A stretch of DNA of 64,000 nucleotides, taken from NCBI GenBank assembly GCA_036001625.1, contig DASYUD010000006.1, positions 4,841 through 68,840 of the forward strand. Direction: 5' to 3'. Source of the stretch: Gaiellaceae bacterium (lineage in GTDB: Bacteria > Actinomycetota > Thermoleophilia > Gaiellales > Gaiellaceae). A program made the position numbers and the translations under genes. The notes beneath the pieces are model-generated. The model ran no database searches and was not told the DNA's origin. It saw nothing but the letters and a program-made list of their open reading frames with translations. Shown here piece after piece: positions 26,739 to 36,313 of the stretch. Position 1 is the stretch's first letter, and each line of letters begins with the position of its first letter.

Positions 26739-27029
26739 ATGCGCCTTTTCCGCAGGCGCCCGGCGCGCGGCGAGCTCGAGCAATGGCAGCCGCGGCTGTA
26801 CGCGGCGCTGCTCGGTCTCGTCCTCATCGCCGCGTACGTGATCGCGTTCATCGTCAAGAACGACGTTCAGGTCTCCATCGACTTCGTCCTCTTCACGGCG
26901 CACGCGTCCCTGATCTGGCTGATCATCCTGCTGCTCGCGATCGGCGTGCTCGGAGGCGTGCTTCTCTCGCAGCTGTACCGCCGCCGGCGATCAGGCCGCG
27001 CGCCGGAGAACGCCGGCGCGGATCGCTGA
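26739..27029 (+). CDS. LapA/DUF1049-like small membrane protein
   Basis: Two TM segments. VQVSIDFVLFTAHASLIWLIILLLAIGVLGGVLLSQLYRRRR. Confidence 0.7.
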   Translation: MRLFRRRPARGELEQWQPRLYAALLGLVLIAAYVIAFIVKNDVQVSIDFVLFTAHASLIWLIILLLAIGVLGGVLLSQLYRRRRSGRAPENAGADR

Positions 27030-27068
27030 ACCGGACCCGGCTCGCGCTCCCGCCGCCGGGCCGGCTGC

Positions 27069-27509
27069 ATGCGGCGCACCCTAGAATCCGCAGTGGGTGA
27101 GCCATTGAGGGGTCGAGTCGTCTTCGCCTGCGCCGCTGCGGCGCTCGCCCTGCCGGCCTCTGCGGCCGCCGCTCTCGAGGTGCGGCTGAGGGTCGTGCCG
27201 GCCTCGCCGAAGGCGGGCGCGCGAGCGGTCGTTCAGCTGAGGCCCTACTGGACGTATCTCAGACCCGACGGCACCTGCTGCCGGCTCGAGCCTGCGGACG
27301 TGAGCTACCCATTCCGGGTCGAGGCCGTCTCGCCGAGCGGGCGCGTCCACCGGATTCGGGTCCACAGGACGAGCAACCGTTACGTCCGGGCCGGCGCGTT
27401 CGTGTTCCGCCGCCCCGGGCGGTGGATCGTGCGGGACCCGCAGTGGGGCCCCGGCTACAGCACTCGCGCGGGCGGCCGCCCGCGCATTCGGGTCGCAGTC
27501 AAGCCGTGA
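27069..27509 (+). CDS. secreted hypothetical protein
   Basis: Signal-like VVFACAAAALALPASAAAA. No recognisable domain. Confidence 0.5.
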   Translation: MRRTLESAVGEPLRGRVVFACAAAALALPASAAAALEVRLRVVPASPKAGARAVVQLRPYWTYLRPDGTCCRLEPADVSYPFRVEAVSPSGRVHRIRVHRTSNRYVRAGAFVFRRPGRWIVRDPQWGPGYSTRAGGRPRIRVAVKP

Positions 27510-27743
27510 AGCGTCATCACGAGCGAGGAAGAGCCGAACCCGCGACCGCGCATGCCCTCGTCGCATCGAGCCTCGCGCTCGCTGTGCTCGCCCTGACCTA
27601 GGAGAAGCGCGAACACACGAACGTCCGGAGCCCGGCGAGCCGCCGCGGCGAGTGCGCTGAGTCGTCACATTCGCGGCACGGTCTCGTGACGAAGAGTCCG
27701 CTAGAACTTCCTCTGTCGTCAAAACTGACAACGGAGGGAGCCG

Positions 27744-29126
27744 ATGAAACGGAAATGGCGTTCGCCTCTCGCGGGATTCATCACGGGAGGCCTCGTGGGG
27801 ATGACGCTCCTCACGGTGAACGTGATCGGAGCGTTCGTCGGAAATAGCGGGACGCCACCAGCGGCCGCCGAACGATCGTCCTTCGAGATCCTGCACACGC
27901 CGCCTCTGCTCGTCTCACCCGGCGAGAAAGTCGACTTGACCTACGAGGTCGTGTGCCCGCCCGAGGGGGACGACCCGCGCTCGGAGGCCTGCGTGCCGCA
28001 GGGATCGGTCTACGTTCGCCAGGTCGGCGAGCCCAGCTTCGCTGAGATCCCGCTCGCCGGGGATCGGAACGGACGGCTATCCGCCTCTGTTCCTCCTCTC
28101 TTCACGAGCGGCGCGGGATTCGACTACTACGTGGAGATCGAGGATGGCCGCGGCGAGTCCGCGGCGCTTCCGCAGGGAGGCGCAGTAGCCCCCGAGCACA
28201 CGTGGGCCGTCTCGAGCTGGACGACGGTCGATCTCGGCACGCACACATTCGGTGTGGCGCGCCCGCCCGACGCGACGCTCGCAACGGCCGGCTGGGGAAG
28301 CGGGGACGGCGACCTGGGGCTCGACAGCGGCCCGGAGCAGTCGAGGATCGGTCCCTCTGCGTTCGACGTCGGACCGGACGGCTCGATCGTCGTGCTCGAC
28401 CAGGTCAATAGCCGGCTCGCCGTCTATCGGCCGGATGGCCCGACCGCGTCTCAGAAGCTCCCGATCGACTTCGTGGGAGCCGAGGGCGATCTCGCCGTCG
28501 CGGGCGACGGAACGACCTACGTCCTCGACGACGGCGGGACCGCGAGCCCGATGCCGATCGTCCGGGCTCTCGACGCGGCCGGCTGGCTTGTGGCGAGCAC
28601 GCCGCTCGCCGAGCCGGTTGCGGACATGGTGCGGATCGGGCCAGAGGGACCAATCGTCCACGCGTACCCGTCCGAGCAGTGGCTTCCGACAGGGCCGGGA
28701 CGGCCTCCGCTCGACCCGGCGGAGCAGATAGCCCGGGCGCGAACGGGCCGCGCCGTCTCCGGAGGAGTCGAGGTCGTCGTGCGGGCGTCGCCGACCGAGG
28801 CGCGGTTCGCCCTCGTCGGGGGTGACCGCGTGATCCGGAGCTGGCGGGTGACGAGCTCAACGAGCCTCGGCGAGGTGCAGCTGGCCGAGCCCTACGGAGA
28901 CGGCCTGGTCGCCGTGGTACGGCTCTGGACCGAGAAGGAGGCCGAGTTCCGGGTCCTCCGGCTGGCGCCGGAAGGGCTCGCGGGGAGCTTCGCCGTCGAT
29001 CGCGCCGAGTGGGCCGAGACGGCCGCGCTCAGCCGCTTCCGGCTACACGGCGGCTCGCTGTACCAGCTGCGGTCGGCTCCCTCGGGAATCGAGGTCGTCG
29101 CGTTCGAGATCGGAGGTGCGAGATGA
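27744..29126 (+). CDS. N-terminally anchored extracytoplasmic protein with NHL/beta-propeller-like segments
   Basis: MKRKWRSPLAGFITGGLVGMTLLTVNVIGAFVG, then FDVGPDGSIVVLDQVNSRLAVY and GDGTTYVLDDGG. ACGGAGGGAG upstream. Confidence 0.7.
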   Translation: MKRKWRSPLAGFITGGLVGMTLLTVNVIGAFVGNSGTPPAAAERSSFEILHTPPLLVSPGEKVDLTYEVVCPPEGDDPRSEACVPQGSVYVRQVGEPSFAEIPLAGDRNGRLSASVPPLFTSGAGFDYYVEIEDGRGESAALPQGGAVAPEHTWAVSSWTTVDLGTHTFGVARPPDATLATAGWGSGDGDLGLDSGPEQSRIGPSAFDVGPDGSIVVLDQVNSRLAVYRPDGPTASQKLPIDFVGAEGDLAVAGDGTTYVLDDGGTASPMPIVRALDAAGWLVASTPLAEPVADMVRIGPEGPIVHAYPSEQWLPTGPGRPPLDPAEQIARARTGRAVSGGVEVVVRASPTEARFALVGGDRVIRSWRVTSSTSLGEVQLAEPYGDGLVAVVRLWTEKEAEFRVLRLAPEGLAGSFAVDRAEWAETAALSRFRLHGGSLYQLRSAPSGIEVVAFEIGGAR

Positions 29127-29761
29127 CGAGACGGGGCAGGATGTCCGGCTTTCTCGCCGGACTGATCGGCGGCTTGACGCTGATGGTCCTGGCGCTCGGC
29201 ACGCCGGCCGGCGCCTACCACACGAATTTCCAGGCGTATTGCAACAACGCGTTCTGGAACACCAGCGGAGTCACCCGCTGGATCGCCCGCGACTACGCGT
29301 ACACGGCAGCCGCGGAGGGATACCAGTGGGGCGGCGGGTGCTGGAACGAGGACAACATCGACAATTCCCCCGGAGACCCGCCGGGCGATCCGAACACGAG
29401 AGGGGAAGGCCCCGACTGCTCGGGCTTCACGTTCAAGTCCTGGCACGAGCGAGCCGAGTGGAACGACCCCGGCCAGCGCTATCACTCGAAGATGCAGAAC
29501 GTCCACGGCCCTTACGACTCAGCGGCGTTCAAGTATGGCCAAGGTGCGCCCAACTCGACCGTCGCCAAATCAAGCACGGTCTACATGGACGCTTTCGCCG
29601 CCAGCTACCACATCGGCATGATCTATTGGGCGAACACGGCCTACAACCAGGACCGGATCATCGAGGCGAAGTGCGAGGCGTGTGGAGCCGGCACCTGGCC
29701 CCGGACGTACCGCGGTAACCCCGACTACAGCGGGGTGAGGAGGATCGGCTGGTCCGCGTAG
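29123..29761 (+). CDS. membrane-anchored NlpC/P60-like cysteine peptidase (divergent)
   Basis: Met39 of ORF 29009..29761. GGAGGTG RBS. ATGA overlap with the upstream stop. GPDCSGFTFKSW ... YHIGMIYW (Cys/His pair). Confidence 0.65.
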   Translation: MTRRGRMSGFLAGLIGGLTLMVLALGTPAGAYHTNFQAYCNNAFWNTSGVTRWIARDYAYTAAAEGYQWGGGCWNEDNIDNSPGDPPGDPNTRGEGPDCSGFTFKSWHERAEWNDPGQRYHSKMQNVHGPYDSAAFKYGQGAPNSTVAKSSTVYMDAFAASYHIGMIYWANTAYNQDRIIEAKCEACGAGTWPRTYRGNPDYSGVRRIGWSA

Positions 29762-30450
29762 GCACCCCCCGAACGGCAGGGACCGCGACGGCCATCGCCT
29801 TCCTGGCCGTCGCGGCCGGCTGCCACGGGAGTGGCATCTCGACGAAGCGAATGCCTGCTACAGCGCCGCCCGTTCCTCGCACGCTCGCCGACGGAAGCGA
29901 GCCCGCGGTGCTGCCCGCTGCACTGCGCCGTTTTCGCGGACGTCCTGTGGTCGGAGCGAAGGAGCTTTTGCGACGGGCCCGCGCAGCGCGCTCCTGTGCC
30001 CCCGATCCCGGCCTGCAAATCAAGAGTATGGGCCGAGCCTGGCTCTCCACCGACGGTCTCTCGGTCGAATACCTCGTCGAGGGCTCGCCGCCGCTCGTCG
30101 CCTGCGGCGCGGTCCGGCGCAAGGGGCGCTGGGCCTCGTGCGCGTTCGGCGTCGCGCGTTCCCGCGATGCCCGACGCATCGAGTTGGCCGGAGGCGGCCT
30201 CGACATCCTCTGCTCGCGTCCCGGGAAGCCACTTGCGTTCATGTGGATCGCGGTTCCGCGGAAAGCACCGTGGGCTCTCGTCGATCACCGCAGTTTCTGG
30301 GTGGCGTATCGGTCTCGTGAGAGCCGCCGCATCCACATCACCGCAACCCATGGGATCGTCGGCAGCAGTCTCAGCGTACGGGTCGCGTTCCTCGACGGGC
30401 GCGGCCGCGAGCTCGCGGAGAAGACGGCCACCGGGTACGTGGCCGGCTGA
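29749..30450 (+). CDS. putative lipoprotein; start unresolved (no ATG/GTG/TTG before the lipobox)
   Basis: Same frame as ORF 29851..30450. Upstream in frame: (CTG)VRVGTPRTAGTATAIAFLAVAAGCHGSG. The first canonical start (29851) lies after the lipobox. Confidence 0.4.
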   Translation: MVRVGTPRTAGTATAIAFLAVAAGCHGSGISTKRMPATAPPVPRTLADGSEPAVLPAALRRFRGRPVVGAKELLRRARAARSCAPDPGLQIKSMGRAWLSTDGLSVEYLVEGSPPLVACGAVRRKGRWASCAFGVARSRDARRIELAGGGLDILCSRPGKPLAFMWIAVPRKAPWALVDHRSFWVAYRSRESRRIHITATHGIVGSSLSVRVAFLDGRGRELAEKTATGYVAG

Positions 30451-30459
30451 GCGAGGAGC

Positions 30460-31338
30460 CTAGGCCCGGGCGCCGGCCGTCTCGGCCGCGAGCTCGGCTA
30501 CTTCGGTCGGGGTCGTCCCTACTCGCACGCCGCAGGCCTCGAGCGCTTCCTTCTTCGCCTGCGCCGTCCCGGACGAGCCGGAGATGATGGCGCCGGCGTG
30601 GCCCATCGTCTTGCCTGGGGGCGCGGTGAAGCCTGCGATGTAGGCGAGCACGGGCTTCGACACCTTCGCCTCGATGAAGCGCGCTGCCTTCTCCTCCTCG
30701 TCGCCGCCGATCTCGCCGACCATGACGATCACGTCGGTCTCCTCGTCGGCCTCGAACAGCGCGAGCACGTCGATGAACGAGGCGCCGACGACAGGATCGC
30801 CGCCGATGCCGACGATCGTCGAGTTGCCGAGCCCGAGCTGGGTCAGCTCGTGCCCGATCTGATACGTGAGCGTGCCCGAGCGGCTGACGAGCCCAATCCG
30901 GCCCTCGCGGAAGATCTCCGCCGGGATGATCCCCACGTTCGCCTTGCCCGGCGACAGGGCACCGGGGCAGTTCGGACCGAGCATCGTGATCCCCCGAGGG
31001 CGAACGTAGTTGTAGATCCGCAGCATCTCGTGGGCGGGAAGGCCCTCAGCTATGCAGATAACCGTGCCGATCCCTGCGTCCACCGCCTCGTAGATCGCAT
31101 CGGCCGCGAAGCGCGCCGGGACGAAGACCATCGTCGTGTTCGCTCCCGTCTCCGCGACGGCCTGGGCGACCGTGTCGAAGACGGGAATGCCGCTGACGTC
31201 CTGTCCACCCTTGCCGGGAGTGACACCCGCGACGACCTGCGTCCCGTAGTCACGGTTCCGGACGCCGTGGAAAGAGCCCTCGCTGCCCGTCAGCCCCTGA
31301 ACGACGAGGCGCGTCTCACGATCGACGACGATCGCCAC
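30460..31338 (-). CDS. sucD: succinyl-CoA synthetase alpha subunit
   Basis: GTG at residue 226 of ORF 30460..32013: [24 protein letters not shown]...[14 protein letters not shown] overlap with the upstream gene. Confidence 0.9.
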   Translation of the reverse strand: MAIVVDRETRLVVQGLTGSEGSFHGVRNRDYGTQVVAGVTPGKGGQDVSGIPVFDTVAQAVAETGANTTMVFVPARFAADAIYEAVDAGIGTVICIAEGLPAHEMLRIYNYVRPRGITMLGPNCPGALSPGKANVGIIPAEIFREGRIGLVSRSGTLTYQIGHELTQLGLGNSTIVGIGGDPVVGASFIDVLALFEADEETDVIVMVGEIGGDEEEKAARFIEAKVSKPVLAYIAGFTAPPGKTMGHAGAIISGSSGTAQAKKEALEACGVRVGTTPTEVAELAAETAGARA

Positions 31339-31982
31339 TAGCCCTTCCTTCCTCTGATCACGATCGCCTCGCTCTCGACGAGCCCATCCTCGGTGCGATC
31401 GGCGAGCAGTTCGCGCACGCGCGCAGCGTCGTCGGGCGGCGTCTCTGCCCGCTCGAGCCAGGGCTCGAGCGGCAGCCGTCGGCGCATGACCTCGAGCGCG
31501 TCGACCTCCAGCCCCGCCGCCGCGAAGAACGAGCGCCACTCGTCCTCGCTGTAGCAGCGGACGTGACTCGGATCGTGCAGGCGCTCCGCCTCTTCGACCT
31601 GCTCGCTCTGAAAGAGGTTGTCCTGCACGACCATGCGGTTGCGCGCCACCCGGGCCATCTCCTGGACCGCGACAGCGACGTCTTCGAAGTGGTGCGCGGC
31701 AATGCGGCAGGCTACGACGTCGAACGAGCCGTCCGCGAAGGGAAGGTCCTCGGCGCGACAGATCACGTCGGGCTGCATGCCGGGAGCAGGGTCCGCGCTC
31801 ACCACGTTGCAGCCGGCCTCGCGCAGGCGCCGCGCGACGTGGCCGCCCCCCGTGGCGACGTCCAGTGCGGTCACACCCGGTCCCGGCTCGCACAGCTCGA
31901 CGACGAGGTCGAGATCGGGGCCTTCGCGGTGAGTTGGGCTCTCGCGCATCGCCTGCGCGCGCTGCGACCAGAGATCGCTCAT
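31338..31982 (-). CDS. class I SAM-dependent methyltransferase
   Basis: VTALDVATGGGHVARRL (motif I), FDVVACRIAAHHFEDV. ATGA overlap with the sucC stop, TAGTG with the sucD start. Confidence 0.8.
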   Translation of the reverse strand: MSDLWSQRAQAMRESPTHREGPDLDLVVELCEPGPGVTALDVATGGGHVARRLREAGCNVVSADPAPGMQPDVICRAEDLPFADGSFDVVACRIAAHHFEDVAVAVQEMARVARNRMVVQDNLFQSEQVEEAERLHDPSHVRCYSEDEWRSFFAAAGLEVDALEVMRRRLPLEPWLERAETPPDDAARVRELLADRTEDGLVESEAIVIRGRKG

Positions 31983-33121
31983 GCCGCGAGCTCCACCGCG
32001 CGCCGAGCCGCATCGAGCATCGTCGGCTCGACGTACAGGTTCGGCGGCGCCGCCTGCGTCAGGAGGTCCCGGCCCTCCTCGGCGTTCGTCCCGTCGAACC
32101 GGACGACGATCGGATGCTCGATCTTCGTCTGCCCGAGCGCCTGGAGGATCCCTCGCGCGACCACGTCGCAGCGCGTGATCCCGGCGAAGATGTTGAAGAG
32201 GATCGAGCGCACCTGCGGGTCGGCGGTGATCACCTCGAGCGCGTCGGCCACGCCCTGCGCGTCGCCGCCGCCGCCGAGATCGCAGAAGTTCGCCGGCCGC
32301 CCACCGGCGAGCGCGATCACGTCGAGCGTCGACATGACGAGCCCGGCCCCGTTGCCGAGGATCCCGACCTCGCCGTCGAGCTTCACGTAGGTGACGCCCT
32401 TCGCGCGCGCGGCGCGCTCCTCCGGCGGGTAGGCCTCGAGGTCCCGCATCTCGGCGATGTCGGGATGCTTGTAGAGCGCGTTGTCGTCGACCGTGAACTT
32501 CGAGTCGAGCGCCTTCACCTCCCCCTCGGGCGTGACGATCAGCGGGTTGATCTCGCAGAGCATCGCGTCGGCGCCGACGAAGGTCTCGTAGAGACGCCCG
32601 ACGATCGTAAGGATCTGCTTCTGCTCGTCGCGGTCGTCGATCCCGGCTCCGTAGATCAGCCGCCGCGCCTGGTAGGGCTGGAAGCCCTCGAGCGGGTCGA
32701 CGTGCAGGCGCGCAAGCGCGTCGAGCCGCTTCGCCGCCACCTCCTCGATGTCGATCCCGCCTTCCTTCGTCAGCATGAACAGCGCCTTCTTCTCACCCCG
32801 GTCGAAGGTGGCGGAGAGGTAGTACTCCTTCGCGATCTCGGACGCCTTCTCGATCCAGAGCTTGCGGACGACGTGCCCGCGGATGTCCATGCCGAGAATC
32901 GCCTCGGCGTGCTGAGCAGCCTCCTCGGGCGAATCGGCCAGCTTGATCCCGCCGGCCTTTCCGCGCCCGCCGGTCAGCACCTGCGCCTTGACGGCGACCC
33001 GGCCGTCCAGCTCCTCCGCGGCCGCGCGCGCCTCGTCGGCGCTTGTCGCGAGGCGGCCCTCCGAGGTGGGAATGCCGAAGCGGCGGAAGAGCTCTTTGCC
33101 CTGGTACTCGTAGAGGTCCAC
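31979..33121 (-). CDS. sucC: succinyl-CoA synthetase beta subunit
   Basis: MDLYEYQGKELFRRFGIPT, VKAQVLTGGRGKAGGIK, 380 aa. Confidence 0.95.
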   Translation of the reverse strand: MDLYEYQGKELFRRFGIPTSEGRLATSADEARAAAEELDGRVAVKAQVLTGGRGKAGGIKLADSPEEAAQHAEAILGMDIRGHVVRKLWIEKASEIAKEYYLSATFDRGEKKALFMLTKEGGIDIEEVAAKRLDALARLHVDPLEGFQPYQARRLIYGAGIDDRDEQKQILTIVGRLYETFVGADAMLCEINPLIVTPEGEVKALDSKFTVDDNALYKHPDIAEMRDLEAYPPEERAARAKGVTYVKLDGEVGILGNGAGLVMSTLDVIALAGGRPANFCDLGGGGDAQGVADALEVITADPQVRSILFNIFAGITRCDVVARGILQALGQTKIEHPIVVRFDGTNAEEGRDLLTQAAPPNLYVEPTMLDAARRAVELAA

Positions 33122-33152
33122 CCGGCGGCGACTCTAGCGGAGGGCGGCCTCC

Positions 33153-34836
33153 CTACTTCAGCGCGAGGAGGTTGTACGGCGGCGACTCGTAGATCGGCTG
33201 GTAGACGAAGCTGCTTGTGTCGACGCTGTCGCTGAAGAAGAAATGCCCTCGCCGGCTGGCCCCAGGCCGCCCACGGCGCCTCCTTGGTGACGAGATCGTG
33301 CTCGAGCTTCTCGTACGCGCGGATGCGGGCGGCGCCGATCAGCCGCGCCGCGCGCTCCATCCTGTTGTCGTAGGCGGGGTTGTTGAAGTAGGCGACGTTG
33401 TTGTTGTTCTCCTCCCGGATGCTGCGGCCGTAGAGGAGTATGTTGATGAAGTCGTACGGATCCGGGTAGTCCTGGCACCAGCCGGACGTCGCGAACGCGT
33501 GCGGGGAGCTCCGCCGTCCGGCCGGATCGCCCCAGTAGCCGCGGGAGCCTTGCGGGTCGATCTCGATCCCGATCAGCCGGAGCTGCGCGGGGACGAGCTC
33601 CATCCGCGCCGGGCCGGGGCCGTACAGGCTGTAGTAATAGACCCACGGGCCGCCGCTCGGAACGTGACCGCGGGCGAGCTCCTGCGCCTTGCGGAGGTTC
33701 GGAGTGAACGGGTAGGCGTCGATGTTCTTGAAGCCCGGAAACCCAATTGGCAGGTACTGGTCGGTCGGCAGCGCGGCGTATTCGCCGGAGAGCTCGACCA
33801 TCGCCTCGCGGTCGATCACGTAGTTGACCGCCCGGCGCAGCTGCGGGTTGTCGTGGAAGAGCCGGTTGTTCGAGTTCAGCGCGATGTAGCTGATGCAGTT
33901 CGACGGCCTGACGCGGAACCGGCCGTGGAGGCCGAACTCCTCTTCCAGTTGCTCTGCGACGTCAGGCGGGAGGCTGTACGCGTAGTCGGCGTGGCTGGCC
34001 CGGAGCTCTTGGTAGCTCGTAGCCGCGTTGGCCTGCGTCTTGATGTCGATCGTCGAGAGGCGGCTGGGCCGCCGCCGGTACTCACGGCTCACGTTCTTCG
34101 CATAGAAGGGGTTCCGGGAGAGCGTCACGCGCCTGTTCGGCTCGCGCCAGGAGACGTAGTACGGACCCGCCGAGGGAAGCAAATGTTCGGTGTCGACCGT
34201 GTTGACCTTCCGGTCGCGCGGGAGGCTCAGGGGCAGCGCCTGGAAGAACGGCATCGAGAGCTTCGAGAGGAAGGTTCCGTCCGGCTTCTCGAGGCGAACG
34301 ATTAGCCTGTTGCCGCGCGCGCGGACGCCACTTGCCGTCGAGGTCCTTCCCTCGCGGACGTCCTGAGAGCCGATGATCGTCACAGCCGTTGGGTCGGCCA
34401 TGAACTGGAATCCCGGCGACTGGAGATCACGGTCGAAGGCCCGGTTCAGCGCGAACGCGTAGTTCTGTGCGGTCACCGGCTCGCCGTTGCTGAACTGGAA
34501 GCCCTTGCGGATCGTGGACGTGTACTTCGTGCCGTCCTGCGAGACCCTGAAGCTCGACGCGCCCTCGGGAACGAGCCGCGAGCCTCTCGGGCCCGGCGCG
34601 TCCGGATAGTTGAGGAGCTTCAGGGCCGTCGAGTATTCGATGTGCCACGTGGCGGTGCCGTAGGCGAGTGACGGGTCGATGTCGTCGATGTCGCTCCCGG
34701 GCAAGTTCACGCGCAGCGTGCCGCCCTGCCTGAACGCCGTCGTGGCCGAGTCGCTGCCGGCGGGGGTCGCCGCGACGAGAAGGCTCGCGCCGACCGCGAA
34801 CGTGCAAGCGGCGAGCCACAGTCGTCCCGGCACCAC
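33153..34836 (-). pseudogene. family-5 ABC substrate-binding protein with a 1-nt frameshift near the 3' end (or a sequencing error)
   Basis: Signal VVPGRLWLAACTFAVGASLLVAATPAGS after GGGAGG. SBP_bac_5-like body. Native C-terminus FFFSDSVDTSSFVYQPIYESPPYNLLALK* is in the +1 frame (stop 33153-33155). The shift is in the run TTTCTTCTTC (33234..33243). Confidence 0.65.
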
Positions 34837-34950
34837 ATTGCCTCCCGTCGTCCCGCTGACTGCTATGAGCGGGAGCCGAACCGGATTGTTAGCGAAGGGA
34901 CCGCAAGCGCGGTGCCTTAGAGTCGCCCTAACCCGACCCAAGGAGGACGG

Positions 34951-35148
<198 letters not shown>

Positions 35149-35149
35149 G

Positions 35150-36313
35150 AGCGCGCTCGCGCTCTGCATCGAACCGGTCGAGCGCGAGCGTTTCCTCGAC
35201 GAGCATTGGGAGCGAAAGCCCCTCCTCGTCCCCCGCGACGAGGAGGGGCGCTTCGACGACCTGCTCTCGGCGGCGGAGCTCGAGCGGCTCGTCGCCTCAG
35301 GTGGGCTGCGTCATCCCGCCTTTCGGCTGGTGAAGGCCGGCGGGCGGCTCGCGGTCGGCGACTACGCAGAGGACGTGCCCTGGCGGCCGAGCCCGTTCAC
35401 GGGCACAGCACGTGTCGAACGCGTCGCCGCCGAGTTCGAGCGCGGAGCGACGATCGTCCTCCAGGCGCTCCACCTCCACAATCTCCCGGTCGCGCGCTTC
35501 TGCCGCCGACTCGAGCGCGAGCTCGGCCACCCCGTCCAGGCGAACGCCTACTACACGCCGCGCGCCGCCCAGGGCCTCGCCGTCCATCACGACACCCACG
35601 ACGTCTTCTGTCTCCAGATCGCCGGCGAGAAGCACTGGCTCGTCTACCCCCCTGCGCTCGAGCTGCCGCTGCGCGATCAGCGCTACCGGCCCGAGCTCGC
35701 TGCCCACGGCGAGCCCGTGCTCGATGTCACGCTCACGTCCGGCGACACGCTCTACCTTCCGCGAGGCTGGCTCCACGAAGCGCTGACCTCGGAGACGGAC
35801 TCGTTGCACCTGACGGTCGGCGTCAACGTCCATACCTGGCTCGACGCGTTCAAGGCGGCGCTCGACGAGTGCGCCCGGGAGAACGTTGGGTTCCGGCGCA
35901 GCGTCCCTCCGGACGGCGCCGAGCCGACCGGGCTTGTCGAGGCGCTCGCCGCGCGCCTTTCGCCCGGCGCAGTTTCCGGGAGGATGCGAGAGCGATTCGT
36001 CCACACCCGTCGGCCGGTGCGAGAAGACCTCTTCGACCAGCTGCGGGCGCTCGAGCAGCTCGACCTCGAGACGCAGCTCGTGCGGCGTGACACCGTGATC
36101 GCCGAGCTCGCCGTCGGGGACGGAGAGGTTGCCCTCGTCTACGAAGGGCGCAAGCTGCGATTCCCGGGGCGGGTACGGGCCGAGATCGAGTTCGTCGTCA
36201 CGGCCGATGAGTTCCGCCTTTCTGACCTGCCGGGGCCGCTCGACGAGGAAGGGCGGCTCGTCCTCGCCCGGCGGCTCGTCCGAGAGGGCTTCCTCAGGGT
36301 CAGCTTCGACTAG
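35150..36313 (+). CDS. JmjC/cupin-4 family oxygenase (ribosomal-oxygenase-like); start codon unresolved
   Basis: HHDTHDVFCLQIAGEKHWLVY and GDTLYLPRGWLHEALTSETDSLHLTVGV. The conserved N-terminal ERFLDEHWERKPLLVPR lies upstream of the first canonical start (GTG 35330). The only candidate there is ATC at 35168. Confidence 0.7.
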   Translation, partial: SALALCIEPVERERFLDEHWERKPLLVPRDEEGRFDDLLSAAELERLVASGGLRHPAFRLVKAGGRLAVGDYAEDVPWRPSPFTGTARVERVAAEFERGATIVLQALHLHNLPVARFCRRLERELGHPVQANAYYTPRAAQGLAVHHDTHDVFCLQIAGEKHWLVYPPALELPLRDQRYRPELAAHGEPVLDVTLTSGDTLYLPRGWLHEALTSETDSLHLTVGVNVHTWLDAFKAALDECARENVGFRRSVPPDGAEPTGLVEALAARLSPGAVSGRMRERFVHTRRPVREDLFDQLRALEQLDLETQLVRRDTVIAELAVGDGEVALVYEGRKLRFPGRVRAEIEFVVTADEFRLSDLPGPLDEEGRLVLARRLVREGFLRVSFD

